From a virus: a stretch of DNA of 64,000 nt. The position numbers were made by a program, and so were the translations under genes. This document shows, piece after piece, positions 31,088 to 41,558 of the stretch. Position 1 is the first letter of the stretch. Each line of letters begins with the position of its first letter. The stretch covers positions 1 to 64,000 of the IMG/VR virus record IMGVR_UViG_3300039191_000223; one strand, given 5' to 3'. The notes beneath the pieces are model-generated. The model saw only the letters and a program-made list of their open reading frames with translations. It made no database searches and was not told where the DNA came from.

Positions 31088-31750
31088 TTATTCTAGTGGG
31101 TTACCCTCAAACATCAGGCCCGTAATCTCACCGTTGATGCGTATCAAATTCCGCTCAGAATCACCAATTACAGTTACCAGTTTTAGATTTAGCAAATACA
31201 ATAGAGTATTTGTTCGAACAACATTGCTTTCGTAAAATGTTGACACGGTAAGGTCTTTAACATAGTTATACAGTAATATTTGAGTTGGCTGCCGGAACAT
31301 CATAAATTTATTTATAACAAGTTCAGGAACGCCTGCTGATATTGCACGGTCATGTAAAGTCCTATCACCTGTAGACAGTTTTTCATGAACGAGTGCCATC
31401 CATTGGGCAGGTGTCATGTCTTCAATGTTTTCATTAATCAATGACAGTGCAATTTCTTTTAAGCATACAACTTTAATTTCCAAAAGTTTGCGAAACATTT
31501 TCTGTCTGATCGGTTTCAAATTCCCATTGAACGACATTGAGGGTATTTCGTTTGAAAGTTTAAACTCTATGTTAGCAAACAGCTGATTAGCTAAAAGCTC
31601 GTCCTTAGCAATTTGAATTCGCGCAATATCTCGATCACTCCATACCTTCATGCGGTTGCTAACGTAGCGCAACAACGCAATGCCACACACAAACAAAAAG
31701 AGTGCTGCCCACCCGTAATCATGTAGTACCCTCATGGCATCATTAAACAT
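31088..31750 (-). CDS. membrane protein, holin candidate
   Basis: Single N-terminal TM plus soluble domain, near endolysin; CATAAATA upstream. Confidence 0.45.
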   Translation of the reverse strand: MFNDAMRVLHDYGWAALFLFVCGIALLRYVSNRMKVWSDRDIARIQIAKDELLANQLFANIEFKLSNEIPSMSFNGNLKPIRQKMFRKLLEIKVVCLKEIALSLINENIEDMTPAQWMALVHEKLSTGDRTLHDRAISAGVPELVINKFMMFRQPTQILLYNYVKDLTVSTFYESNVVRTNTLLYLLNLKLVTVIGDSERNLIRINGEITGLMFEGNPLE

Positions 31751-31795
31751 TAAAGAAACTCCTTTTGCTTCCTTAATTATTTATGGATAGGGTAA

Positions 31796-32104
31796 CTAGA
31801 GTTTGAGATAAACGTGTTCCTCACACTCTTGAATGAATTCCAGCAATAAAGGCAAGCCATCCCTTTCAATTCCATGGAACTTACTAAGAATTGTATCACA
31901 AATTATATCCGTAAAATATGCTAAGTTTTTATTTTCATGAGGGTTGAGAAACGTGCGTAAATCTTGAACGATGTTGACTCTTGTCTTTGTAGTCAGAGGG
32001 TCAGTGGCAAGATAGGCTTCAACACAATGTTTAAAGCTAGCAAATAATTCGTCAACGTTGTCTTCATACGGACAGACATGCCACTCGTCAATGAGTTGGT
32101 TCAT
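31796..32104 (-). CDS. hypothetical protein
   Basis: Start reassigned to MNQLIDE. Confidence 0.5.
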   Translation of the reverse strand: MNQLIDEWHVCPYEDNVDELFASFKHCVEAYLATDPLTTKTRVNIVQDLRTFLNPHENKNLAYFTDIICDTILSKFHGIERDGLPLLLEFIQECEEHVYLKL

Positions 32105-32105
32105 A

Positions 32106-32450
32106 TTAACTTTCAATGGTATTACTGTTGATCCACTTGTGGATTTTTTTGTTGTTCCAGCAGGGGTACACTTCTTTATCACCATCTTCGGATATAAGAA
32201 CAATACGTTTTGCAGTCGGGTAATCATCAAATTCATCTACCTTTTCCCAAAGGACTTCAATTCTGTCCTTTGGTCGGAAGGATACATAACTTCGATCATC
32301 GTTGTCCAGTGCTTCAAACACCGGGAACTTACAATACTTTTTCAACGTGTATTCATTCCGAATACGTGGTACACTATCACACGCTGATAAAAGCTTCTTC
32401 TTAGAAACATAGTACTCACTAAAGCTTAATCGTTTCATATTACTCTTCAT
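32106..32450 (-). CDS. hypothetical protein
   Basis: 114-aa ORF. Confidence 0.55.
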   Translation of the reverse strand: MKSNMKRLSFSEYYVSKKKLLSACDSVPRIRNEYTLKKYCKFPVFEALDNDDRSYVSFRPKDRIEVLWEKVDEFDDYPTAKRIVLISEDGDKEVYPCWNNKKIHKWINSNTIES

Positions 32451-32841
32451 CGTCTGCTAGTTCGATGTGCGGCCAGTCCATAAACTTATGGTCCGTAATA
32501 TCACCGTCTACGTCCCAATCAAAACCGAAACGTAATTTAATACCCTTAACAACCGCGATGCCTCTAATCAATCCACCAAGGTGTGCAAACCTTTTAAGGT
32601 CTTCCCAATCAATTGGATACGGTGCAATGTCTACTGCACGTGAAGGCATACTATTATGCTTGCTGTTTGGCCACTGTACCTTACTGTTTTCAGATTGAAA
32701 CGCAGTGGTCTGATCTGCTTCATTTCGGTGCCCACATAAAACACTGAAATCAACATGTTTAATAGCTTCGTTAAGGATTTCTTGTAGTTTTGGATGGCAT
32801 GTATCTAAACGTCGTTGGGATGTGGGTCCAAATTTGTACAT
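32440..32841 (-). CDS. endolysin, M15 (L-Ala-D-Glu) peptidase
   Basis: GHR, SKHN, AVDI, DWPHIEL. Confidence 0.9.
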   Translation of the reverse strand: MYKFGPTSQRRLDTCHPKLQEILNEAIKHVDFSVLCGHRNEADQTTAFQSENSKVQWPNSKHNSMPSRAVDIAPYPIDWEDLKRFAHLGGLIRGIAVVKGIKLRFGFDWDVDGDITDHKFMDWPHIELADDEE

Positions 32842-33000
32842 TACACAACTCCTGTTTTCAATATTTATATCCTATGAAAACATTAGTGGAATATATTGGA
32901 ACATATGGACAGTAAATAATGCCAATACTGAGCGCTTCATTATAGTTAGCGCTCGCTTGGCGCATATTACCATCGGCTTCCTCAAGAAATTTAGAAAAAT

Positions 33001-33138
33001 CTAATCGGTCAATGTGGTCTTCCACTCCACTCCACCTGAAGCTTCAAGAATATCTTTCATTATTTTTTCATCAATATCTTTAGCTATTTCAGCAGCCATT
33101 ATCTTTGTTAATTCATGTTCAATGTCAAAGTTATTCAT
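33001..33138 (-). CDS. 45-aa peptide resembling the major capsid spine helix
   Basis: MNNFDIEHELTKIMAAEIAKDIDEKIMKDILEASG vs gp23 GLDLESEITKALSAEIVQEIDAEIINDLLALAG. Confidence 0.65.
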   Translation of the reverse strand: MNNFDIEHELTKIMAAEIAKDIDEKIMKDILEASGGVEWKTTLTD

Positions 33139-33231
33139 ATACCAAACCATCTAGATCATTCATAATTGTTTATGACTTGTATTTAGTAGCATTTTCAAGC
33201 CATGCTATTGTTTGTAAGTTTCCTTAAGCAC

Positions 33232-33262
33232 AAAAAAAGCCCCGCACGGAGCGGGGCTTTTT
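33232..33262 (-). terminator. Rho-independent terminator of the capsid gene
   Basis: aaaaaaagccccgc-acgga-gcggggcttttt. Confidence 0.9.
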
Positions 33263-33308
33263 CGGAGTTAGCAACTTTAGTTGCCGTGTTACTACTAGCT
33301 ACTAGACC

Positions 33309-34706
33309 TTATAGGAACTCAAGGTTAGTAACATTTATACGCCCATAATAGTCGGCGCTATTGCCGAGGGAGGTCGTTGGATCGGTTAGTGCAACCTTAC
33401 CGTAACGAGTCATTAGAGAAACAACTGGCTGGAAGGTAACTGGGTTAACAACTACACCGCTGCTCATTAGAGGAACGTATGGTGCGTAGAAGTAACCGGC
33501 ATCAACCTCACCGTTGCCACCTTTGTAACCGACAAGAATCTTGTCGTCGCCGTTTGGCGAAGATGAACCCGGTCCTGCTTGGTTCCACAGGTAGGAGTAA
33601 ACCTTGATACGTCCGTTAAGCGTACCGACTAGCTCGGTGTTGTTTGGACCCTTGAAGTCACCTTCAACTGCTGGGGCAAACACTGCCTTGGCTGCCGACT
33701 GTAGTACGGAAACGATCATTGGGGAAACCACAATGAAGTTACCCGAACCACGACGCGTCTTACGAGCGATGACGTTTGCTACTTCGTTGATGCGAACACC
33801 AAGGTTAGCGAAACGGTCACCAACGAACGCGGGAGCGTAAGTCGTACCACCGGTTGCGGAGAAGTCAAATGTACGAACCGTACCAGCAAGAGCTAGAAGG
33901 TCGTTGATGATTTCCGCGTCAATTTCCTGCACAATCTCTGCAGATAGTGCCTTCGTGATTTCGGACTCAAGGTCTAGACCATGCTGACTGTTTAGGTCCT
34001 GCATAGCTTCGATTGTCCAACCACTCTGTAGCTTACGGCTACCAGCTTCAACTGCCTGCGAGATAACTTCTAGGCTCATCTTACGACCACCAGAACCTTC
34101 GATGAAGGAACCCGAACCACCAAGCATAGAACCACCAACGTTTACGGAGTAACCCGAGAAGTCGGTCGTGCCTGTGTCGTAGGTTGTTACGTCCTGCGAG
34201 GACTCCCATGCGCCACCTTCAGCCGTTGCCGCAGCAATGTCTGTAGTTGCAGCAGCATCGTGTGCAATACCGGAAGCACCAGCTTCTTCAGCCGCGCCCG
34301 TGTTACCAGCGTAGAACTGGCGGATTGGCTTGTCGTTACCGAAAGCTTCTTCGCCTGCTGCGATGTCAAAGCCACCAAACTGCGAACTTGCCGTGTTTTG
34401 GGTCATATCTTCTTCGTACTTGTAACGAAGCGTGTAGATAAGACCAACTGGTCCGCTCATTGGCTGAACACCGACAAGCTCTGTTGCGATGGTGCCCGGA
34501 ATAATACGACGGATCATCGGTAGTAGAGTCTTACGGAAGTTTGCGATATCGTGCCCCTGTACGGAGCCAGCTGCCGCTGATTCACGTAGCATGTACTGCT
34601 TCTGGTTCTCTAGAAGAGGACCTACAACTTCTTTTTGGGACGGCTTAAGACCATCGAGAAGAGCCTCTTTAGTAACGTCCCAGTTTTCAAATAGTGAATT
34701 GTCCAT
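33309..34706 (-). CDS. major capsid protein (gp23-like)
   Basis: LLENQ, GVQPMSGPVGLIY, SRKL..WTIE..QDL, YAPYVPL, MTRYG. Confidence 0.97.
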   Translation of the reverse strand: MDNSLFENWDVTKEALLDGLKPSQKEVVGPLLENQKQYMLRESAAAGSVQGHDIANFRKTLLPMIRRIIPGTIATELVGVQPMSGPVGLIYTLRYKYEEDMTQNTASSQFGGFDIAAGEEAFGNDKPIRQFYAGNTGAAEEAGASGIAHDAAATTDIAAATAEGGAWESSQDVTTYDTGTTDFSGYSVNVGGSMLGGSGSFIEGSGGRKMSLEVISQAVEAGSRKLQSGWTIEAMQDLNSQHGLDLESEITKALSAEIVQEIDAEIINDLLALAGTVRTFDFSATGGTTYAPAFVGDRFANLGVRINEVANVIARKTRRGSGNFIVVSPMIVSVLQSAAKAVFAPAVEGDFKGPNNTELVGTLNGRIKVYSYLWNQAGPGSSSPNGDDKILVGYKGGNGEVDAGYFYAPYVPLMSSGVVVNPVTFQPVVSLMTRYGKVALTDPTTSLGNSADYYGRINVTNLEFL

Positions 34707-34745
34707 TGTTATATTTCTCCTAACCTATGGGGTAATAATTCTTTT

Positions 34746-35708
34746 TTAATGAATGCCGCTTAGATGACGTAGACGAGCAATCTCGGCACGTACACTTGCT
34801 GGCACTTCATCCTCAACTGCTTCTTCAAGCTGCTGAGATTCTGTGTCGCCTGTTGAGACGACCTCACCTTTTTTCAATTCATCTGCTTTCGCAGAATCAT
34901 CACCCTCGGCTAGTACTGACGACTTCTCGTTTTCCTTCTCCGACTCAACGACAGGCTCTTCAGCGCTCTCGTTCAGAACTTTTGGAATGTAGTGTTCGTA
35001 TGCTTCAACCAACTTATTGGTTGGAATGTTGCGAAGCACTGCTTCCATAACATCGCGGGAGCGTCCGTGTAGCGATGACAGAACTTCAGTCATCTTGTTC
35101 TCTCGGCACATCGTCTCAAGCTCTTTGGATGCTTCCTCAAGCTGATCGGATAGGTCAGTTAGACGCTCTTCCTTTTCTTTCAAATCGCTTTCTAGGCCAT
35201 TCTCATCAACAAATTTCTTGGAGAAAACACCCTCGAATGCTTCGTATACTTCTTTACCGAACTGTAGACGCTGGACGTTTTTTAGGTCCTCTTTTAGTTC
35301 AGACATTTCGTTTTCTAGTGCCATATCTAGGAACTGGTCGATTGTCTCGACTAGCTCTTCTAGGTCACCCTTAAGAACTTGTGCAAGTTCTTCTTTGGCT
35401 TCCTCTAGCTTGTCAGCATATTCAACTTCTAGATCACGGAAACGCTCAATGTCGTCACGCAGTTCTTCTAGTTCTTCTTTTAGGTACTCTTCGGTCTTAG
35501 TATCTAGAGCCTCGATTAGAGCCTCTCGGTCAGCCTGATACTGCTCTTGCAGATCAACGCGAACCTGAGCTTCTACTTCCGCCTTTGCTTCAACAATCGC
35601 AGCTTCTTTAGCTTCTTCGATTTGCTTGCTGATAGCTTCCGTAAGCTCTTTCTTTGTATCTTCCGTTAGTAGATCACTTTCTACCAACTGTTGAAGCAAC
35701 TCTTCCAT
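34746..35708 (-). CDS. prohead core/scaffold protein (gp22-like)
   Basis: Acidic coiled coil directly upstream of gp23. Confidence 0.85.
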   Translation of the reverse strand: MEELLQQLVESDLLTEDTKKELTEAISKQIEEAKEAAIVEAKAEVEAQVRVDLQEQYQADREALIEALDTKTEEYLKEELEELRDDIERFRDLEVEYADKLEEAKEELAQVLKGDLEELVETIDQFLDMALENEMSELKEDLKNVQRLQFGKEVYEAFEGVFSKKFVDENGLESDLKEKEERLTDLSDQLEEASKELETMCRENKMTEVLSSLHGRSRDVMEAVLRNIPTNKLVEAYEHYIPKVLNESAEEPVVESEKENEKSSVLAEGDDSAKADELKKGEVVSTGDTESQQLEEAVEDEVPASVRAEIARLRHLSGIH

Positions 35709-35767
35709 AGCTAACTCCTTAACATTATGGGATAATTACAATAATAGACTTATTAAATCTACATAAT

Positions 35768-35775
35768 TATTTATG
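35768..35775 (-). promoter_or_regulatory. late promoter CATAAATA for gp22-gp23
   Basis: Motif 60 nt upstream of gp22. Confidence 0.7.
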
Positions 35776-35895
35776 CAAGGTTGAATCATTTCCTAAAGTA
35801 TTAGGGGGTAAATTGATAAGTAATTGATTTTGTTAAGAAATTAATTATAAATAAATTCTAAAAAATTCGAAAAAGCTTGTACACCCAATGGCGTA

Positions 35896-35924
35896 TTGAC
35901 AAAAATTGGGGGGTGTAGTAGAAT
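35896..35924 (+). promoter_or_regulatory. sigma70-type promoter
   Basis: TTGACA-17-TAGAAT, then AGGAG RBS and ORF 35951. Confidence 0.8.
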
Positions 35925-35950
35925 AAGTGATTGTTTAGATAGGAGTTTAT

Positions 35951-36178
35951 ATGTCGTATATTGGGGAAATTCAGTCGAAGTACTTCAAAGAGAAAGAGGT
36001 TCCCGACGATGATCGAAAACTTCTAAAGCAAAATCTTCAGGCTGAAGTTAATAAAGTCGAGGGGATGATTCGTAAGCTCTCTGAAAAGAAAGCTCACCCA
36101 TCAGAATTGGCGAGGTTACGTACTTCGGTGGTCAGACTACTGGGGATTATTGATCACAACGATCAAGTTCATCTTTAA
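35951..36178 (+). CDS. hypothetical protein
   Basis: Good promoter and RBS. Confidence 0.65.
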   Translation: MSYIGEIQSKYFKEKEVPDDDRKLLKQNLQAEVNKVEGMIRKLSEKKAHPSELARLRTSVVRLLGIIDHNDQVHL

Positions 36179-36674
36179 GGTATTTGGAAAGAGCTTCACA
36201 GCCTACAACGACCAACCAGAAATCATTAGCTGTGAAACCAAACTTATCACCAAATTCGTCTGCAATTTTTGTGCGAATAATTTTCACAATTTCATATTCA
36301 ATATCTAGACCATTCCACCCCTTTAAGTTTTCGATGGTAGGCTTGGCAATTGTGCCCAACACTTTGTCAAAACATGTAAGTTCAATTTCGTCATCAGCGT
36401 CTTTTAATGTAATTGCTCGTAAAGGCTCTTCATCTGGATGACCGTAATCTCCAAAGCTCTCAATTACGGCAACACCTAACCAGAAGTCGCTGAGGTCGAA
36501 TTCATACTCTGCACCTAATTTATCTACAATTTTTTTACGAACGATTGACCTGAAATCCATGGCGGACATAGATTTAAGCTCTTCCTTTACAATGTCATTG
36601 ACTAGACACACCACTTCACCGAAGCAAGTGACTTCTATTTGATCATCAACACCTTTAAATACAATTGTTGTCAT
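36147..36674 (-). CDS. hypothetical protein with internally duplicated domain
   Basis: DDQIEVTCF..DFWL and DDEIELTCF..DFWL. Confidence 0.6.
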   Translation of the reverse strand: MTTIVFKGVDDQIEVTCFGEVVCLVNDIVKEELKSMSAMDFRSIVRKKIVDKLGAEYEFDLSDFWLGVAVIESFGDYGHPDEEPLRAITLKDADDEIELTCFDKVLGTIAKPTIENLKGWNGLDIEYEIVKIIRTKIADEFGDKFGFTANDFWLVVVGCEALSKYLKDELDRCDQ

Positions 36675-37279
36675 GCTAGTTTCTCAAACATTTTATCATC
36701 ATCACCACATTTTGTTTTAAGGCTATCTAGCCAGTCTTGCGTTTTAATCTTGAACATACCTACCTGTTCTTTACGAACAACATACTTACAAACAACACCC
36801 TCATGAGTCACTTTGGGATGCTGACCACTGCGTACTTGCTGGATGAATGAATCATCAGCCTTCCCAACATGAACAAGATCGGGTACTTTCAATCCAGACA
36901 CCATGTTGAGAAAATCTTTAGGGGGCATGATACCCTTTCGATATACTGCAACATCAAATAAAACAACATCGAAAGTATCATCTTCTTCATGGAAGCCAGC
37001 AAAAGAATTGGGTCCAAAGAATTCAAAGAATGCAATTGCTCTTTCAAACTTACGGTCGGTAAATCTACGATTTAGTCGCTGGCCGTATACGTCGTTGATA
37101 AGCTCAACCGCTTGACCAAACGGTTGCTCGTTTGCATCAAGTAGTCTTTTACGAGTGCCATACTTATAAAAGCCCCGCTTCTTTGACCACTCGGCTCTGA
37201 TGTTAGAGCCATCGAGTTTATCAAAGGCGTAGACCTCTACGTCTTGAATTTTTTTCGGAATTGTAGGGTACGTTTTCAT
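36671..37279 (-). CDS. RNA ligase (Rnl2-like adenylation domain)
   Basis: KLDGSN, FFEFFG, LFDV, EGVV, FKIK. Confidence 0.75.
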   Translation of the reverse strand: MKTYPTIPKKIQDVEVYAFDKLDGSNIRAEWSKKRGFYKYGTRKRLLDANEQPFGQAVELINDVYGQRLNRRFTDRKFERAIAFFEFFGPNSFAGFHEEDDTFDVVLFDVAVYRKGIMPPKDFLNMVSGLKVPDLVHVGKADDSFIQQVRSGQHPKVTHEGVVCKYVVRKEQVGMFKIKTQDWLDSLKTKCGDDDKMFEKLA

Positions 37280-37506
37280 TTTTTAACCGCCTAACCGTTT
37301 CATCTCCGTAATGGCAGATTCCATCCATTCAATTTTTTTCATTTTGCCAACGTCGTCCCACACATGCTGAACAGCATCAACAAATTCAGAAGTCAATTGA
37401 TTTGAGTCTACGGAAGTCAAGCCTGCATAGTATGGGTAATCAAAATATTCCCATGCTGGCCCATTTTCGTAAATTTCGCTCAATATTGTAATAATCGTCA
37501 TAGGCG

Positions 37507-38559
37507 TCATGATGTGCCCTCCTTGTCAACGATTGCACCCAAATAGGGTAGCAATGCATTATCCCACGAGTGGTTATTGCGAGTTGCTAGCATACACTGG
37601 TTGCGATCAATTAGCAAAGCATTCTTGACAGCTACTGCCAAGTCATCGTTCATGGAACCGGTTACTCCCTCTTGAATGATATCCTTTGGTCCTGTAACCG
37701 GGAAGGCCGCAACAGGCGTCCCACACGCCATCGCCTCCAAATTTACAAGCCCAAAGGTATCGGTTTTTGACGGGAACACCATGATATCCATCTTGTTGTA
37801 TTCTGCCACAAGATTCTTGCCAAATTTATATCCAACAAACCGCACATTGGGATACTTTTTTTCCAAACGTTTACGGTCGGGGCCATCCCCCACAACAATT
37901 TTTTTACCAAGATAATCTGGAAGGTCCAAGAAGGCTTCCATGTTTTTCTCGACCGATACTCGACCAACATATCCTAGATTGGGTAGGTCAGGATAGTCCA
38001 AGCTTCTCGACCCGTTCTGTAAATGTTGAACCGGTCTAAATACGCCAGTATCAACCCCTCGGTTCCAAACCACGGTGTTATTAATACCCCATTCGGTTAA
38101 TTCTTCTTGCATAGATTTAGTAGTTACTAAAACAGATGATGCGCGGTTATGCATCCATCGCATTACAGCATATCCCCATGAGAGTTTTAGAAAACTCCAT
38201 CGGGCGTTAGCATATTCTGGAAAGCGAGTATGATATGACGTGATGTATGGGATGTTGTGGCGATGACAATATAGTCGTGCCATAAGACCAATAGGCCCTT
38301 CAGTGGCTATATGGACGTACTGGGCAAACTTAATCTGCGTAGCTACAGTTCTGTATACTTTAACCATATTCCATGGCATTAAAACTTCTTTATAGAGGGG
38401 GAACCTATAGCATTTAAACTGGGATGGCTCGACAATACCCACCATATAGTCCATGTCTAGAAGTTGTTTCGTAAGTTGGGTGAGCGTCGTGACAACACCA
38501 TTTACTTGAGGTGACCACGCATCAGTAACTAAAACAATACGCTTAGTTGGTGTACTCAT
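37507..38559 (-). CDS. GT4 glycosyltransferase
   Basis: TDAWSPQVNGVV, VGRVSVEKN, DTFGLVNLEAMACG. Confidence 0.92.
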   Translation of the reverse strand: MSTPTKRIVLVTDAWSPQVNGVVTTLTQLTKQLLDMDYMVGIVEPSQFKCYRFPLYKEVLMPWNMVKVYRTVATQIKFAQYVHIATEGPIGLMARLYCHRHNIPYITSYHTRFPEYANARWSFLKLSWGYAVMRWMHNRASSVLVTTKSMQEELTEWGINNTVVWNRGVDTGVFRPVQHLQNGSRSLDYPDLPNLGYVGRVSVEKNMEAFLDLPDYLGKKIVVGDGPDRKRLEKKYPNVRFVGYKFGKNLVAEYNKMDIMVFPSKTDTFGLVNLEAMACGTPVAAFPVTGPKDIIQEGVTGSMNDDLAVAVKNALLIDRNQCMLATRNNHSWDNALLPYLGAIVDKEGTS

Positions 38560-38829
38560 GTATTCAACTCTCAGTATATGATAGTAATGTTTCTCTTATG
38601 GATGCATGCGTGTTGCGAGTGATCTGAAATTGTGGCATCTCAGCTAAGGCCCCGCATAGTCCAGTCGCGCAGATATCGGCAATGTTAAATCCACCATCTT
38701 CTGCATTTTTAATAACACTAAACATGTCACGAGGTACTGATACAATTTCTTCATCATTCCAGTACAATGAAAGTTCACCTTTGAAATTTTCTGATTCGTT
38801 GATAGTGAACATGCAAGCTTCCTTCAAAT

Positions 38830-38917
38830 TGGCAGTAGGGGAGGGATTCGAACCCTCGTGCCGTTTCCGACCATCACATTTCCAATGTGAGGCAATAGGC
38901 CGCTCTGCCACCCTACT
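38830..38917 (-). tRNA. tRNA-Ser(GGA)
   Basis: Cloverleaf, loop TTGGAAA, long variable arm, CCA. Confidence 0.9.
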
Positions 38918-39222
38918 ATTGTTTACGTATTATATGCTTCCATGTAATCTTCAATTGCGCATTTTACATCTTCGGCTACAGCGTTAATGACTTCCGCTTC
39001 AGTGGAAATCATACGAAGACGTTCAAGCTCCACCGAACTCTCAAAACCAACTGCCTTAGATAGTTCTTGAGAAACGTCCGTACCATGAAGCATACTCATA
39101 TCATTATAATCTTTAGGACGAAATCCAACTGCTAATGGCGTGCCCTCATATACCACACATACAAATCCTTCGTGTTCAGAACTCTCAATTATCTCAATCA
39201 TATTTTTATGACATCCTATTGT

Positions 39223-39299
39223 TGGTAGTGAGGGAGGGACTTGAACCCACAATCATTCGCTTATGAGGCGAACTGCTCGGCCAGTTTGCATTCCTCACC
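39223..39299 (-). tRNA. tRNA-CAT (Met or Ile2)
   Basis: TTCGC-CTCATAA-GCGAA, GTTCAAGTC, CCA. Confidence 0.85.
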
Positions 39300-39643
39300 A
39301 TTAAGGATTATAATTATATATGTTTGTTAGGTCAATGTCAACCATTTCATTCTCTTGAACAATCCAATTTTCATGAGAGGTATCAAGCGTTACTCGACCC
39401 AAACTAAAAACAAAATGATTAGACGACTTAAAGTCTATCGTAAATTTGTTTGCTCTCATGCCAATTTTCGGCTTTCCAAAAATTGGCCCAGATGCACTAT
39501 CTATGGGGATGGAGACCCTAAAATTCACATCATCATCAGGCATAGCTGCTGAGCTTAATACTAAAAATACAAAGGCAATGATTATCTTTATCATAAGCCC
39601 TCCCCCATTGTGGTAATAGGAAGTACTATTAACCTAAGTATAT

Positions 39644-40255
39644 TTATACTTTCCACTGCTTACGGCGCTTCGAATGAGTCTTCCAACTTTTAATGCTTCG
39701 CTGGGCACTGTTGGACTTATCATCCCACGACGAGGGCAAGCTTCTTGCTGAGCGACTGCGGCGCACATACTGTGGACCAATGTCATGTTCATGTGCAGCG
39801 TTCTGACGAATCTCGTTCGTCGTTCTCACTGCACGGTAAACCCCACTCACCTTATAAGGCACTTCATACCAATCGTAAGGCTGGTGCCACCCGCTAACTC
39901 CATACCAAAATCTAGCCCACTCATAGTAGCCCCGCTTAATCTTATTGGGATTACCCTTTTTGTAGCGAACGTCGGGTGCCCTATCTCTACCACGACGGTG
40001 AGGTGCATATGGTTCACGGAATTCTTTCAGGAACGCATTAAAGTCACACAATTCGCCATACTGATTATAGATGATGAATCGCGGTTGAGGCTCATCATAG
40101 ATGCTCTTTGCGTATGGGATATTCCAGTAGTCCTTACGATAGGTATCGTGAAGAACTTTACGGTCATCAGTTTCAAAGACAAAGGTCTTCTTCCAGTCAT
40201 CCCAAACGCGGTATACCACGCGATATGGCTTGATCTGATAGGTTTTCGGCTTCAT
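39644..40255 (-). CDS. basic hypothetical protein
   Basis: LPSSWDD...SWK..KRRKQW. Confidence 0.6.
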   Translation of the reverse strand: MKPKTYQIKPYRVVYRVWDDWKKTFVFETDDRKVLHDTYRKDYWNIPYAKSIYDEPQPRFIIYNQYGELCDFNAFLKEFREPYAPHRRGRDRAPDVRYKKGNPNKIKRGYYEWARFWYGVSGWHQPYDWYEVPYKVSGVYRAVRTTNEIRQNAAHEHDIGPQYVRRSRSARSLPSSWDDKSNSAQRSIKSWKTHSKRRKQWKV

Positions 40256-40313
40256 GTTTAATCCTCATAGTTAAATTCGATTAAACATAGCTGCCCCCCT
40301 TTACATACTATAT

Positions 40314-40910
40314 TTATGTCTCTTTTGAATATCCAAACTTCTCGAAATCTTCCCCAGCCCAAATATTTGCATGGTGTATGATTTCGTCAGTTTTCAACTC
40401 GTCCCAATTGGCATGTGGGCGGTGGAGGACTCTTGGAATTTCAACTTCTCGATCTACGAACGAAAGCGCATTAAATTCTTCATTTATATTTTCAAGATGC
40501 AATGGTAGCACGTTTGGTGGAAGTCGTCTATACCATCTATACTGGGGCATCATAAGAATGGGAAGCCTTAATGCTGGTAGAGTTTCTATGTTGTGTGTAT
40601 TTTCTGCTGCGAATTTACAGAACGTACCAAAATCATCCTTCTTTATAACACGGAGCCAAGTATCGCGATATGCGTGCTTGTCGTTCTTAGAAAACAACAG
40701 AGAATTCCATAATGCCACAAGCCGCTCATAAGGATTCCTACAGGTAGAAAATACCGTGTAACCATCAACGGCTTTCGGAAGTTCAGTTCTATGAAATTGA
40801 GGCCCTAATCTCTCACCATCAAACTCTTCAGTTAGCAGCTTAAAAAAAGAATGCGATCCAGTCTTCGGGGTTGAAATAAAGACGTACTTATTTTTTCTAG
40901 ATAGTATCAC
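40314..40910 (-). CDS. sulfotransferase family 2
   Basis: FISTPKTGSHS, RNPYERLVA, DFEKFGY. Confidence 0.85.
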   Translation of the reverse strand: MILSRKNKYVFISTPKTGSHSFFKLLTEEFDGERLGPQFHRTELPKAVDGYTVFSTCRNPYERLVALWNSLLFSKNDKHAYRDTWLRVIKKDDFGTFCKFAAENTHNIETLPALRLPILMMPQYRWYRRLPPNVLPLHLENINEEFNALSFVDREVEIPRVLHRPHANWDELKTDEIIHHANIWAGEDFEKFGYSKET

Positions 40911-41557
40911 TACCCATAATCCCTGTATAAGTCATAAGCTGGTTCGTGGATAAGTAAAATAGAGTTAGCATGCACCATAACTTCGTGTTGAGAAGCATGG
41001 GCTTCTTTAATACCCTGATCGATGACTAGACCTTTACAAAATTCCTCTCGATCAAAATCGTTATCGGTTTCTTTTTCTACGGCAACCATATCGCGATATT
41101 TTTTATGCCACGTATAATGGTACTCTCCCATGGGTAGCGCCACATAAATGATACCATACCCACGAGCTTGAAGTCTATTTGAAGTAACAAATGCTGAATT
41201 GTGCCTATTCGCTACAGCCTTACCATTGGAGCAATCATTGATATTTTTGATTAGAAACTGATGTAGCCTTTCATCACTTGGTTCATTACGTGACATATTG
41301 ACACGTTGTGATACGACCGCATCTTTAGATGCCTGCTCCTTGGTCATACTGCCTATACCCCGATAGAACATTTCCTGCTTACCACCAATTTCATGTAGCC
41401 ACGAACCACTGTATTTTTCAACAAGTTGAGCAATTTTTTTAGGGTAAGAACCATCTACATTATGATTATCCATCAAATCAAATGAAGTTACGTGGGGGGT
41501 CTCAAGTGGTTTCAGATAACTAAGTAAGACATTGCCTTTAAAATCTTCTAATAGCAT
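40910..41557 (-). CDS. possible ADP-ribosyltransferase-fold head protein
   Basis: FYRG...FVTS...A..YG...HEV. Confidence 0.4.
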   Translation of the reverse strand: MLLEDFKGNVLLSYLKPLETPHVTSFDLMDNHNVDGSYPKKIAQLVEKYSGSWLHEIGGKQEMFYRGIGSMTKEQASKDAVVSQRVNMSRNEPSDERLHQFLIKNINDCSNGKAVANRHNSAFVTSNRLQARGYGIIYVALPMGEYHYTWHKKYRDMVAVEKETDNDFDREEFCKGLVIDQGIKEAHASQHEVMVHANSILLIHEPAYDLYRDYG

Positions 41558-41558
41558 A

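Noticed and set aside
38564-39252. ORF-track N-termini overlapping tRNA genes (also 51821-52030 and 59132-59434)
   Set aside because: These are translations of tRNA sequence; real starts, where any exist, lie downstream of the tRNAs.
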